Assembly (NCBI GenBank): GCA_963726745.1
Contig: CAVSDR010000004.1
Location: 312,687-376,686 of the forward strand
DNA from: an uncultured Verrucomicrobiae bacterium
GTDB lineage: Bacteria; Verrucomicrobiota; Verrucomicrobiia; Chthoniobacterales; UBA10450
DNA: 64,000 bases
Direction of reading: 5' to 3'
Shown in pieces: positions 19,779 through 30,726 of the stretch. The notes under the pieces are model-generated. The model was not told the origin of the DNA. It made no database searches and saw only the letters and a program-made list of their open reading frames with translations. Position numbers and translations under genes: made by a program. Within the stretch, counting starts at the first letter, position 1, and each line of letters starts with the position of its first letter.

Positions 19779-21199
19779 TTAGGCGGAGGCGCCGGCAGGG
19801 CGGGTGGCCGCCTTCTTCGAGCGCAGCGCATGGCGCACGAAGTTGTTGCCAATTTCCCACATCGGCCCCGGGAATTTGCGGCATTCCGTAAGCACGGCGT
19901 CGAGCGCCGTGACGAAGCGGTCGACTTCCTTTTCGCCAATCATGAGCGGCGGGAGAATCTTGACCACGTCCATCGCATGCCCGGCCACCTGGGTGAGGAT
20001 GCGATGCTGGCTGAGCATCTGCGTGACCACCATTTGCGCGAAGAGCACTTTGTCGACCTTATGCAGAAGCTTCCAGCCCATGCGCAGCTTCAACTCGTTA
20101 GGCTCCTGGAATTCGATTGCGATGATCAAGCCCTTCCCGCGCACCTCCTTGATGAAGGAATGCTTCGCGCGCAGCGCATCGATCCGCTGCCTGAGCAGCT
20201 CGCCCATGCGCGCGGAGTTCTCGACCAACTTCTCGTTCTCGAGCACTTCGAGCGCGGCCAGGCCGCAGGCCATCGCCAGATTGTTCCGGCCAAAGGTGGT
20301 CGAGTGGACCACGCAACGGTCCATCCGGCTGAAGGTCTTTTGGTAAATCTCGCGCCGGGTGACAATCGCGCCGCAAGGGCACGTAACCGCCGCTCAGGCT
20401 CTTCGCGATTGTGATGATGTCCGGCTCGAGATTCCAATGCTGGAAGCCGAACATTTTCCCGGTGCGTCCAAGACCAGTCTGCACTTCGTCGCTGATGAGC
20501 AGCGTCCCGTATTTCCGGCAAAGCGCCTGCGCGCTTCGGGAAGAAATCCGGCCCCGGAGTTTTGCAACCTTTGCCTTGGACCGGCTCGATCACGAACGCG
20601 GCCACGTCGCCTTTTTTCAGCTCCTGCTCGAGCGCCGCGAGATCATCCAGCGCGATCCGCGTGTCCCAGCCATCCATCAACTGCCCGAAGCCTTCGGTGA
20701 AACTTTCGCAACCCATGAGCGAGAGCGACCCGAAACTGAGCCCATGCCAGCTCCCGGCGAGCGCAAGCATCCGCTTCCGGCCGGTCGCGGCGCGGGCAAA
20801 CTTGAGCGCGCCTTCGACGGCTTCCGTGCCGCTGTTGCAAAAGAAAACGGCGTCGAGATGCGGCGGCGTGCGCTTGGTCAGCGCTTCCGCGAGCAGCCCG
20901 CTCAGGAGCGAGCAATCCATCTGCACCATGTTCGGCAGGTCGAGCTCGAGCACGTCGCGGATCGCCTGCTGCACCGCAGGATGGTTGCGGCCGATGTTGA
21001 ACACGGAATAGCCGCTCAGGAAGTCGAGGTAATCCCGCCCATCCATGTCGTAAAGATAGGCGCCTTCCGCGCGCGCATAGACCTTGTCAAAACCGATCAC
21101 CCGCTGCGCTGCCACCAGCGTGCGATTGAGGTGCTGCTCGTGCAGATCGTAGTTCTCGCCCAGCCGCGCGGCGACGATCTCCTTCAAGTCGAATGCCAT
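19779..21199 (-). CDS. Class III PLP aminotransferase, HpnO-like; two apparent frameshifts near 20380-20530
   Basis: [50 protein letters not shown] spread over three frames. Confidence 0.8.
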
Positions 21200-21271
21200 G
21201 GCCTCGTGTAGGCGATTTACCCGGCAAAAGCAACTCGCGCGCCCCCGGGAGAAAGCTAAGGTGCGCAGCAC

Positions 21272-23528
21272 ATGCCTGCCGTTTCCGACCCGCCGATCAC
21301 CGCTGAAGTTGTCGCCAAACATGGCCTCACGCCGGAGGAGTTTGAGCGGATCAAAAAGATCCTCGGCCGTGCGCCGAACTTCACCGAGCTGGGCGTCTTC
21401 TCGGTCATGTGGAGCGAGCATTGTTCCTACAAAAACTCGCGGCCGGAGCTGAAGAAATTTCCCACCAGCGGCCCGAACATTCTCGTGAAAGCGGGCGAGG
21501 AAAACGCCGGCGTGGTCGACATCGGCGACGGCTGGGCGGTTGCGTTCAAGATCGAGTCGCACAATCACCCGAGCGCGATTGAGCCTTTCCAAGGCGCGGC
21601 CACCGGCGTGGGCGGAATCATTCGCGACATCTTCACCATGGGGGCGCGTCCGGAGTTTTCGCTCAACTCGCTCCGCTTCGGTCCGATCACCGGCGCTGGG
21701 CCGAACGTGCGCACAAATCGCCGGCTCTTTTCCGGCGTGGTCGCGGGCATTTCGCACTACGGAAATTGCATCGGCGTGCCCACGATTGGCGGCGAGATCT
21801 ACTTCGACGAAAGCTTCGAGGGCAATCCACTGGTGAACGTTTTTTGCCTCGGCGTGCTCCGGCACGAACAGCTCGCGCGCGGCGCCGCCAGCGGCGTGGG
21901 CAATCCGGTCTTCTACGTCGGCGCGGAGACGGGTCGCGATGGACTCGCAGGCGCGGCCTTCGCCTCGCGCGAGCTTACAGAAGAGTCGCGCGAAGACCGG
22001 CCCGGCCGTGCAGGTAGGCGACCCTTTCAAGGAGAAGCTCCTGCTCGAGGCGTGCCTGGAATTGCTCGCGACCGACGCCGTCGCCGGCATCCAGGACATG
22101 GGCGCGGCCGGTCTCACCTGCTCGACCTGCGAGACCGCCAGCCGCGGCGGCACCGGCGTGGAGATCGACCTCGCGAAGGTGCCGAAGCGCGAGACCGGGA
22201 TGACGCCCTACGAAACGCTCCTGAGCGAGTCGCAGGAGCGGATGCTGATCATTGCGCACAAGGGCAAGGAACAGGTCGTTAGGCAGATTTTTGAAAAGTG
22301 GGACGTGCCTTGCGCGGAGATCGGGCGCGTGACCGATGACGGGATGATGCGCGTGCTCGACCACGGCGTGACCGCGGTGGAAATCCCGGCAAAGCCGCTC
22401 GCGGATGAGGCGCCGATTTATCATCGCGAAGTGGCCGCCCCGGAACCCGAGCCGGTGCTCGACCTCGCGAGTGTCCCGGAGCTCAATCCGCAAGAGGCGC
22501 TGCCGCAGTTGCTGGCTGATCCGACGATCGCTTCGAAGAACTGGGTCTACCGGCAATACGACCACATGGTTCGCACTGGCACGGTCGTGCCGCCGGGCTC
22601 GGACGCAGCGGTTTTTCACGTGCGCGCGGCGGATAAATTCCTCGCGGCCACGAGCGATTGCAATTCGCTCTACTGCTCGTTAGACCCACGTGAAGGTGGA
22701 CGCATCGCGGTGGCCGAGGCCGCGCGCAATCTCGCCTGTTCCGGAGCCACCCCGCTGGCAGTGACCGACAATCTCAACTTCGGAAATCCCTACAAGCCGG
22801 CGAACTTCTGGCAGCTCCGCGAGAGCGTTGAAGGCATCTCCGAAACCTGCCGCGCCTTCGGCACGCCGGTTATCGGCGGGAACGTCTCGCTCTATAATGA
22901 AAGCCCCGCGGGCGTAGTCGACCCGACGCCGACGGTGGCGATGGTGGGCTTGATTGCAAAGGAAGCGCACATCACCACGCAATTCTTCAAGCAGGCGGGC
23001 GACGCGATCCTGCTCCTTGGCTCGTTAGGCAGCGACTTGGGCGCCTCGCGTTACCTGAAAGTTTGCCATGGGCGCAAGGCCGGGCGGCCGCCGCGCCTCG
23101 ACGTCGAGCGCGAGCTCGCGGTGCAGAAAGCGGTGCGCGACCTGATCCACGCCGGGCTCGTGCGAAGCGCGCACGATTGTTCCGAAGGCGGCCTCGCGGT
23201 TGCGCTCGCGGAAAGCTGCTTCAGTCCCGAGGGCTTGCTCGGCGCTGAAGTGGAATTAGACAGCGAACTGCGCGCCGACGAGCTCCTCTTCAATGAAGCG
23301 CAAGCACGCATTGTGATCTCGGTCGCAGCCGACAACCTGGAGAAAGCGCACGCAATTCTCGAAGCGGCCGGCATTCCTCAGCAGCGCCTCGGAACTGTCG
23401 GCGGCGAGCATTTAGCCATCGAGATCAGCGGCACCGAACGGCGCTGGCCGATCGCGCAGCTGCATGACGAATGGTATTTTGCGATCGCGCGCGCCATCGG
23501 CACCGCGGCCGAGGAACTCGAACATTGA
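21272..23528 (+). CDS. purL: Phosphoribosylformylglycinamidine synthase subunit PurL, frameshift near 22000
   Basis: [37 protein letters not shown]. Confidence 0.95.
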
Positions 23529-23560
23529 ACGGCCAAACCTTTGGTGGAAGGTAGCGCTGG

Positions 23561-25054
23561 ATGTCGTTTGAATTAGCCAGGCAGAGCGCGGCGGAAGAGT
23601 CTCCGCACCCGCAGCACGAGTGCGGGATTTTCGCGGTCTTCGGCCATCCGAACGCTGCCGTCCTGACCTACTACGGGCTTTTCGCGCTGCAACATCGCGG
23701 GCAGGAAAGCGCCGGCATCGTGACCAGCAACGGACCCGGGCACAACTTCCAGGTGCATCGGGACATGGGCCTGGTCTCACAGGTTTTTGGCGCCGGGGAC
23801 CTCGAGCGGATCAAAGGCACGCGCGCGGTCGGCCATGCGCGCTATTCCACCACCGGTTCGAGCACGCTCAAGAACGCGCAGCCGTTTGTGGTCGATTGCT
23901 TCCGCGGCCAGATCGCGGTGGCGCACAACGGCAACCTGATCAACGCCGCCGTCCTGCGCGACGAACTCGAGCGCAAAGGTTCCATTTTCCAAAGCACCGC
24001 AGACAGCGAGATCATCCCGCATCTGCTCGCGCAGCCGCAGCAAAATGGCGGCAACGCCCTGAGCGTCCTCCGCCGGCTCGAGGGCGCCTTTTCGCTCGTG
24101 ATCATGAGCGAGCGCGAGATCATCGCGGTGCGCGATCCCTTCGGCTTCCGTCCGCTGGTCATGGGCAAGCTCGATGGCGCCTACGTTTTTGCTTCGGAGA
24201 CCTGCGCCTTCGACCTGGTTCACGCCGAGTTCATCCGCGAGGTGGAGCCGGGCGAGGTCATCATTGTGAACGAGGAGGGCATTCGCTCGGAGTGGCCCTT
24301 CCGCGACGAGAAGCAGGCCTTCTGCATGTTTGAGTACGTCTACTTCGCGCGGCCGGACAGCATCGTCGGCGGGGTCAACGTGGCCAAGGTCCGCACCGAG
24401 ATGGGTCGCGAGCTCGCGCGGCGTTTTCCGGTGGAGGCTGACATCGTCGTGCCGGTGCCCGACTCCGGGAACTATGCGGCGCTGGGCTTTGCCCAGGAGC
24501 TCAAAATTCCTTACGAGCACGCCTTTGTCCGCAATCACTACATCGGCCGCACCTTCCTCCAGCCGAGCCAGCTGATCCGTGACTTCGACGTGCGGGTAAA
24601 ACTGAATTTGATCAAGGAAGCGGTGGAAGGAAAACGCGTGGTCGTGATCGACGATTCCATCGTGCGCGGCACGACCGCGCGCGCCCGCGTGGTCAATCTG
24701 CGCGAAGCCGGCGCCAAGGAAGTGCACATGCGCGTGAGCTGTCCGCCGCATCGTTTTGCCTGCCATTACGGGATCGATTTCCCCGACCCGGAGAAGCTGA
24801 TCGCGAACCAGCTTTCGATGGAGCAAATCTGCGAATACCTCGGCGTGGACAGTCTGGGTTACCTCGACCTCGATGGCATGGTGCGCGCCACCGGCAAGGC
24901 TACCGACACCTTCTGCCTCGCCTGCTTCACCGGCAGCTATCCGCTCCCGGTCGACCCAGAGCTGGACAAGTTCATCATGGAAAAACGCGAAAGCCGCTCG
25001 AAGGCTCTCGCCGAAAGCGAAGCGCATCCGAGTTTGTTTGCCGACTTGAAGTAA
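23561..25054 (+). CDS. purF: Amidophosphoribosyltransferase
   Basis: Propeptide then CGIF, LQHRGQES, VIDDSIVRGTT, CLACF. Confidence 0.96.
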   Translation: MSFELARQSAAEESPHPQHECGIFAVFGHPNAAVLTYYGLFALQHRGQESAGIVTSNGPGHNFQVHRDMGLVSQVFGAGDLERIKGTRAVGHARYSTTGSSTLKNAQPFVVDCFRGQIAVAHNGNLINAAVLRDELERKGSIFQSTADSEIIPHLLAQPQQNGGNALSVLRRLEGAFSLVIMSEREIIAVRDPFGFRPLVMGKLDGAYVFASETCAFDLVHAEFIREVEPGEVIIVNEEGIRSEWPFRDEKQAFCMFEYVYFARPDSIVGGVNVAKVRTEMGRELARRFPVEADIVVPVPDSGNYAALGFAQELKIPYEHAFVRNHYIGRTFLQPSQLIRDFDVRVKLNLIKEAVEGKRVVVIDDSIVRGTTARARVVNLREAGAKEVHMRVSCPPHRFACHYGIDFPDPEKLIANQLSMEQICEYLGVDSLGYLDLDGMVRATGKATDTFCLACFTGSYPLPVDPELDKFIMEKRESRSKALAESEAHPSLFADLK

Positions 25055-25060
25055 CTCGCG

Positions 25061-26078
25061 ATGCCGCGGAAAGCCTACGCCCGCGCCGGGGTCGATGTGG
25101 ACCTGGGCAACCTGGTCAAGAAGCGCATCCAGGCGCGGGTGAAAAGCACCCACGGCCCGGAAGTGCTGGGTAAAATCGGCGGCTTCGGCGGCTTGTTCGC
25201 GCCGAACTTCAAAGGCCTGCGCGAACCCGTCCTCGTGGCCAGCGTCGACGGCGTCGGCACGAAGTTAAAAATAGCCTTCGCGATGAAGCGGCACGACACC
25301 GTCGGCGCCGACCTGGTGAACCATTGCATCAACGACATCGCGGTCCTCGGCGCGCGCCCCTTGTTCTTTCTCGACTACATCGGCGCGGAGCGACTGGAAC
25401 CTAAAGTCTTCGATCAAATCCTGGCGGGCTTCACCATGGCTTGCCGCACTGGCGGCTGCGCGCTGATCGGTGGCGAGACCGCGCAAATGCCCGGGATGTA
25501 TCAAAGGGGCGAGTATGATCTTGCTGGCTGTATTGTCGGCGTGGTCGATCGCAAGATGATGCTCGATGGCCGCCGGATTCGCGCAGGCGATGTCATTCTC
25601 GGCCTGCCCTCGAATGGCCTGCACACCAATGGCTACTCGCTCGCGCGAAAGATTTTCCTCGAGCAGATGGGACTCAAACTGACCGCGCGTCTGCCGGGGC
25701 TCAAGCAGTCGTTAGGCAGCGAATTGCTCCGCACGCACAAGAATTACCAGCCGCTCCTGGCCAAGGTGCCACTGGCAAAATTACGCGGCCTGGCCCACAT
25801 CACCGGCGGCGGATTAGTCGACAATCTGCCGCGCGTGCTTCCCCGGGATTGCGACGCGCTGATCGAGACCGGCAGCTGGAAAGTGCCGGCTATTTTCCAG
25901 CTTCTGGCCGACGCACGGTAAGGTGCCGCGCGAGGAAATGTATCAAGTCTTCAACATGGGCATCGGCATGGCCGCGATCGTCGCCCGCAAGGATGCGGCG
26001 GAACTCGCGCGGGCTTTACGGGCGCGCCCGATTGGCCGCATCGCGCCCGGCACCGGCCAGACGCGCTTGCTCTTCTAG
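25061..26078 (+). CDS. purM: AIR synthetase, frameshift near 25915
   Basis: YARAGVD, DGVGTK, GGETA, HTNGYSL, HITGGG; second frame EMYQVFNMGIG ends at TAG 26078. Confidence 0.95.
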
Positions 26079-26102
26079 TTCCCCCGGTCCTACCTTCAAT
26101 CG

Positions 26103-27002
26103 ATGGAGAAACGTCCTTTCGGCAAAACCGACATGCAGGTTTCCGTGCTCGGCTTTGGCGGCTCGGAAATCGGCTTCGAGCAAGCCAGCAAGGAGACCGT
26201 GGGACAACTCCTGAATAGCGCGCTCGACGCCGGCTTAAACGTAATCGACACCGCGGAATGCTACGAAGGCAGCGAGGAGTTAATCGGCCAGACAGTGAGC
26301 CATCGGCGCGCGGAATTTTACCTCTTCACCAAGGTAGGTCACCCGCGCGGCGTCGGCAGCGAAGATTGGTCGGCCGCCTCGATTCTCGAAAGCATTGAGC
26401 GCAGCTTGCGCCTTCTAAAGACCGAGGTGCTCGACCTGGTGCAACTGCATAGCTGCTCGGAAGCGGTCTTGCGCAAAGGTGAAGTCATCACCGCCCTGCA
26501 GACGGCCCGCGAGCGCGGCTACACCCGCTATCTCGGTTACAGCGGCGACAACCGCGCGGCACGGTACGCGGTGGAAACTGATGCCTTCGATACCCTCCAG
26601 ACTTCGCTCAATATCGCCGACCAGGAAGCGATCGAGTTAACCTTGCCGCTGGCCCGCGAAAAAAACCTCGGCGTAATCGCGAAACGCCCGATCGCCAATG
26701 CCGCCTGGAAAACCGGGCACAAGCCGATCGATTCCTACCAGCACGTTTACTGGGATCGGCTGCGGAAATTAAACTACGACTTCCTTCGCTCGAAGCCGCT
26801 CGAGCAATCCATCGGGCACGCGCTGCGTTTTACCCTCTCGGTTCCCGGGGTGCACACGGCGATCGTCGGCACCGGCAAACCCGAACGCTGGCAGGAAAAT
26901 GCCCGCCTGCTCGAAGCCGGGGCCTTGAGCGAGGAAGAATTCCGCGCCATCCGCGAACGCTGGGACGATCTCGCGGCGGCCACCTGGGTTGGGCAAACAT
27001 GA
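26103..27002 (+). CDS. Aldo/keto reductase
   Basis: VSVLGFG, IDTAECY, DLVQLHS. Confidence 0.88.
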   Translation: MEKRPFGKTDMQVSVLGFGGSEIGFEQASKETVGQLLNSALDAGLNVIDTAECYEGSEELIGQTVSHRRAEFYLFTKVGHPRGVGSEDWSAASILESIERSLRLLKTEVLDLVQLHSCSEAVLRKGEVITALQTARERGYTRYLGYSGDNRAARYAVETDAFDTLQTSLNIADQEAIELTLPLAREKNLGVIAKRPIANAAWKTGHKPIDSYQHVYWDRLRKLNYDFLRSKPLEQSIGHALRFTLSVPGVHTAIVGTGKPERWQENARLLEAGALSEEEFRAIRERWDDLAAATWVGQT

Positions 27003-27988
27003 GACAACGAAAACTGGGACGCGGCGGACCTTGCGTGTCCGCGCTGGGACTGGGTTGCATGGGCATGTCGGATTTCTATGCCGGCCGCGATGAAGCCGAG
27101 TCCGTGGCTACGCTCGAGCGCGCGCTGGAATTAGGCATCACTTTCTTCGACACCGCGGACATGTATGGCCCGCACACGAACGAGCAACTCGTCGGGCGCG
27201 TGCTCAAAAACCGGCGCGAGCAAGTGGTGTTGGCGACCAAGTTTGGGATCGTGCGCGACCCGGCCAATCCCAAGACACGCGGCGTAAGCGGGAAACCGGA
27301 CTATGTGCGCCAGGCCTGCGAAGCAAGCCTGCGTCGGCTCGGTTTCGAATGCCTCGACCTTTACTACCAACACCGGGTCGACCCGGAAACGCCGATCGAG
27401 GAAACAGTCGGCGCGATGGCGGAATTGGTCGTCGCGGGCAAGGTGCGTTACCTTGGCCTTTCGGAAGCGAGCGCGGAAACCATCCGGCGCGCGCATGCCG
27501 TCCACCCGATCACCGCGGTGCAATCGGAGTATTCGCTCTGGACGCGCGACCCGGAAGAAAACGTGCTCCAGACTTGCCGGGAATTAGGCATCGGTTTCGT
27601 GCCCTACAGCCCGCTCGGCCGCGGATTCCTGACTGGGCAGATCAAGCGTTATGAGGACCTGGCGGAAGACGATTACCGCCGGCAATCGCCAAGGTTCCAG
27701 GGAGCTAATTTCCAGCGCAACCTCGACCTGGTGCAGCGGGTCGGCCAGCTCGCGCGCGAGAAGCATTGCACCCCGGGACAGCTGGCGCTTGCCTGGGTGC
27801 TGGCGCAAGGCGATGACATCGTCCCGATTCCTGGAACCAAGCGCCGGAAATACCTCGGGGAAAACGTGGGCGCACTGGAGGTGAACCTAACGAGTGCCGA
27901 CCTCGCGCGGATCGAGGAGCTGGCGCCGCGGGATGCTTTTGCGGGCGAGCGTTACCCTGCGGAAATGATGAAGACGGTGAATCGCTAA
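26999..27988 (+). CDS. Aldo/keto reductase
   Basis: [30 protein letters not shown]. Confidence 0.92.
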   Translation: MRQRKLGRGGPCVSALGLGCMGMSDFYAGRDEAESVATLERALELGITFFDTADMYGPHTNEQLVGRVLKNRREQVVLATKFGIVRDPANPKTRGVSGKPDYVRQACEASLRRLGFECLDLYYQHRVDPETPIEETVGAMAELVVAGKVRYLGLSEASAETIRRAHAVHPITAVQSEYSLWTRDPEENVLQTCRELGIGFVPYSPLGRGFLTGQIKRYEDLAEDDYRRQSPRFQGANFQRNLDLVQRVGQLAREKHCTPGQLALAWVLAQGDDIVPIPGTKRRKYLGENVGALEVNLTSADLARIEELAPRDAFAGERYPAEMMKTVNR

Positions 27989-28028
27989 GCGACCCACCGT
28001 CTTCGTTTCAATTCCGAAATTGCGGAAA

Positions 28029-28496
28029 TTACTTCCCGGCGCGGCGCGCGGCCCAACGGGCCTTCATCGACTCGGCCAGGCGGCGGCGACCCTCCGGCGT
28101 AATGCCTCCGCGGCGCTTGCGTCCTTGGCCGGCGCTTTTGCTGGCTGACTTCCCGGCGCGCTTTGCGGAATTGGAGCTCTCACTCGCTCCGCTTCCCTGG
28201 TTTTGCTTCGCCCAGCGACGGCGGGCGGCCGCGGCTAGCTTGGCCTTGGTCGCGGCGGACATGGGACGGCGACGCCGGCGACCGTTGCTGGATTTGGAGC
28301 CCGTGCTTTCCGCACCGCTGCTGCTTTCTTCGCTGCTGCTGGCAGCCGAGCGAGGCGGGCGACCCGGCCGACGGCGGGTGGTCGTGCTGCCAGTGCTCCC
28401 GCTACCACCAAACAGGTTCCCCAGCTTCTCTTCCAAAGCTTGAATCTGTTCGCGCAGAGAAACTGCTTGTCTTAACTTATCGAGGGATAGGTCCAT
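28029..28496 (-). CDS. Small basic histone-like / nucleoid-associated protein candidate
   Basis: N-terminal coiled-coil-like segment, RRPGRPPR AT-hook-like motif, two Arg/Lys-rich repeats ending RWA. Confidence 0.7.
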   Translation of the reverse strand: MDLSLDKLRQAVSLREQIQALEEKLGNLFGGSGSTGSTTTRRRPGRPPRSAASSSEESSSGAESTGSKSSNGRRRRRPMSAATKAKLAAAARRRWAKQNQGSGASESSNSAKRAGKSASKSAGQGRKRRGGITPEGRRRLAESMKARWAARRAGK

Positions 28497-28652
28497 GTGC
28501 CTAACGATGAACTAATGCTAAGTGGAAGCAAGCTTAGTTTTCCGAACAACTAGTTGAAGGCCAAGGCGATCCATCTCCCGGGTGACCCTGGAGGAAGCGA
28601 AGCGCGGACTTGCGCGGCTTCCTTTTCTCTGTCACCTCCCAGTCGACGCACC

Positions 28653-28724
28653 GGGCAGTTAGCTCAGCGGTAGAGCGGCTCGTTTACACCGAGTTGGTCG
28701 GGGGTTCGATCCCCTCACTGCCCA
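28653..28724 (+). tRNA. tRNA-Val(TAC)
   Basis: GGGCAGT...ACTGCCC acceptor stem, TTTACAC anticodon loop, GTTCGAT T-loop. Confidence 0.93.
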
Positions 28725-29118
28725 CGCCTTTCGCCAGCGGAGGCTCCCATAACTCCACCCGGTTTCCTTCCGGGTCCATCACCCAGGCGAACCGGCCAAA
28801 CTCCGATGCTTCCGGGTTTTCCTCCACGGTCACGCCGGCGGCGCGCAAGAGCTTCACTAGTTCGTCGAGCTCGGCCACGCGGAAGTTAATCATGAAAGGC
28901 TGCGCGCTCGGCGCGAAGTATTCCGTGTCTGCCGGAAAGGGCGACCAGGTAAGGTAAGATTCGCGGCGCGGCTCTGTCGCCGCTTCCGCTTCCGGACGAA
29001 AGACTACCCCGCCCCAGTCTTCCACCTCCAGGCCGAGGTGGCGCGCATACCAGGCCGCGAGGGCTTCCGGGTCGCGTGCCTTGAAGAAAATGCCGCCTAT
29101 TCCGAGAACACGTTTCAT
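28684..29118 (-). CDS. VOC/glyoxalase family protein
   Basis: KRVLGIGGIFFK...FMINFRV...DPEGNRVELWE. Confidence 0.88.
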   Translation of the reverse strand: MKRVLGIGGIFFKARDPEALAAWYARHLGLEVEDWGGVVFRPEAEAATEPRRESYLTWSPFPADTEYFAPSAQPFMINFRVAELDELVKLLRAAGVTVEENPEASEFGRFAWVMDPEGNRVELWEPPLAKGVGSEGIEPPTNSV

Positions 29119-29198
29119 GGTGCGAGTCTGTGCCCTCCGGCCCCTCGGAAACAATCCGCAATTCGCCGCCCTGCGCGAGACGCGCTACTTTGCCAGCG

Positions 29199-29987
29199 AT
29201 GGAAAATGGAGAAGCTGCCGAAGGGTTGGAAGTGCGCAGTTACTTTGTCCGGGGCCGGAACGCGCTCGTGGCCCGGGCGGATTTTGGCGAGCTGTATGTC
29301 GATTACTACCTGCACCAGGGCCAATACGGTTACCACCACGCGCCGCAGCATGATGGCATGCTGAAGGAAGCACTCGCGGCCTTGACCCTGCACTGTGCCT
29401 CGCGGCCTTGGAACGAGGCCTGGGCCTGGACGATTCACTTCCAGGAGCCTTTGCTGAACTTGTTTGTCACCGGCGATAACCGCCGCGGGATTATCGTCGG
29501 TCAGATTTTTACCGAGAATGTGAAGGACGACGGGCGCAATCTTTTCTCGGCCGACTTTGTGAAGGAGCGCGAAGGTTCCCGCCGCAGCGCGATCGAATTC
29601 CAGGGAGCCTCGCCTTTCGCGATCGTGGAGGAATACTACGCGCGCAGCGAGCAACGGCCGGCGCGCTACTTCCAGCATGGCCCGGAGGATTTCGTGATGG
29701 TTTCCGCGCAGCCCGGCTGCGATCTGGAATGGTTCGAGCAACTCGACGACGAGAAAGTGCGCGCGCTCGACGCCACCGAAACCCTGAGCCTGCTCGAGCA
29801 ACGCAGCTATCGCTGGGGCTGCGGCTGCTCGCAGGAGCGAATGTTCTCCATCCTCGCGCCGATGATGCGGAACGATCCCGCGGCGCTCTTCGGCGACGAG
29901 GCGGTCCTGCGCGTCAGTTGCCCGCGCTGCGGCGCGTTGCATCTGGTCACGCGCGAAGCCCTGGAAGCTTTCGTGACCCAAAGCTGA
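29199..29987 (+). CDS. hslO: Hsp33 family redox chaperone
   Basis: C-terminal CGC...CPRC zinc centre. Confidence 0.8.
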   Translation: MENGEAAEGLEVRSYFVRGRNALVARADFGELYVDYYLHQGQYGYHHAPQHDGMLKEALAALTLHCASRPWNEAWAWTIHFQEPLLNLFVTGDNRRGIIVGQIFTENVKDDGRNLFSADFVKEREGSRRSAIEFQGASPFAIVEEYYARSEQRPARYFQHGPEDFVMVSAQPGCDLEWFEQLDDEKVRALDATETLSLLEQRSYRWGCGCSQERMFSILAPMMRNDPAALFGDEAVLRVSCPRCGALHLVTREALEAFVTQS

Positions 29988-30000
29988 CGCGCCGCCGGCC

Positions 30001-30726
30001 ATGAACAATCTTTACCTTTACCTGAACGGCGTCCGCCGCGGACCCATCGAGGAAAGGCGCGTGCGCGCCCTGCTCGAGGAGCAACTCCTGCGACCGGAGG
30101 ACCTGGCCAGCGCCGAGGTCCAGGGCGAGTTGAAACCGCTGGCTCATTTCCTCGCGCCGGCTCCAGCCGTGCCACCACTCGTTAGGCCCACCGCTGTTCC
30201 CTTGCCGGCTACGGCGCTTGGCTCGTATTCCCGCGCCACCCTCGGTGCGGACGAGGTGCCATTCTTCCAAACGAACCTGCACTGGATCGTTTTCCTCCGC
30301 TTCGGCCTTGCCGGGCTGGTGCTCTTTCTCTTCGCGGCCTTGCCCCTGGCGGTGGGCGTGCAGGCCCTGCTCGGCTCGCAGCTCGGCTGGTTTCTCCTCC
30401 CCCTGCCCGCCTTTGTGATGGTCCCGCCGGCGCTGGCCTACGCCAGCAGCGAGCTCGTGATTACGAACATGCGCGTCTTGATCAAGACCGGCGTCATCCG
30501 ACGCCAATCGCTCGAGATGTTTGTCCCGCGGATCGAGTCGATCGCGGTCGAGCAGGGATTTCTCGGCCGCCTCTTCGATTACGGCACGGTCTTGATTCGC
30601 GGCACCGGCGGTTTCCAGGAACCCTTCGAGTCCATCGCGCGGCCGCTGGAGTTTCGGAACTGCGTGCAGCGCCTGCAAAACGGCAGCCCGGAAGGGAGCG
30701 CAGGCCTGCGCCAAAGGGCTGGCTAA
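30001..30726 (+). CDS. Membrane protein with GYF_2-like N-terminus and bacterial PH domain
   Basis: YLYLNGVRRGP; two TMs; ELVITNMRV...IESIAVEQG..GRLFDYGTV. Confidence 0.75.
   Translation: MNNLYLYLNGVRRGPIEERRVRALLEEQLLRPEDLASAEVQGELKPLAHFLAPAPAVPPLVRPTAVPLPATALGSYSRATLGADEVPFFQTNLHWIVFLRFGLAGLVLFLFAALPLAVGVQALLGSQLGWFLLPLPAFVMVPPALAYASSELVITNMRVLIKTGVIRRQSLEMFVPRIESIAVEQGFLGRLFDYGTVLIRGTGGFQEPFESIARPLEFRNCVQRLQNGSPEGSAGLRQRAG

Noticed and set aside
21272..26078. purL-purF-purM lacking adjacent purS, purQ and purN
   Set aside because: pur genes are commonly dispersed, so absence from one window is uninformative.
28653..28724. tRNA-Val as the attachment site of an integrated element
   Set aside because: No integrase and no duplicated tRNA 3' end seen in the window.
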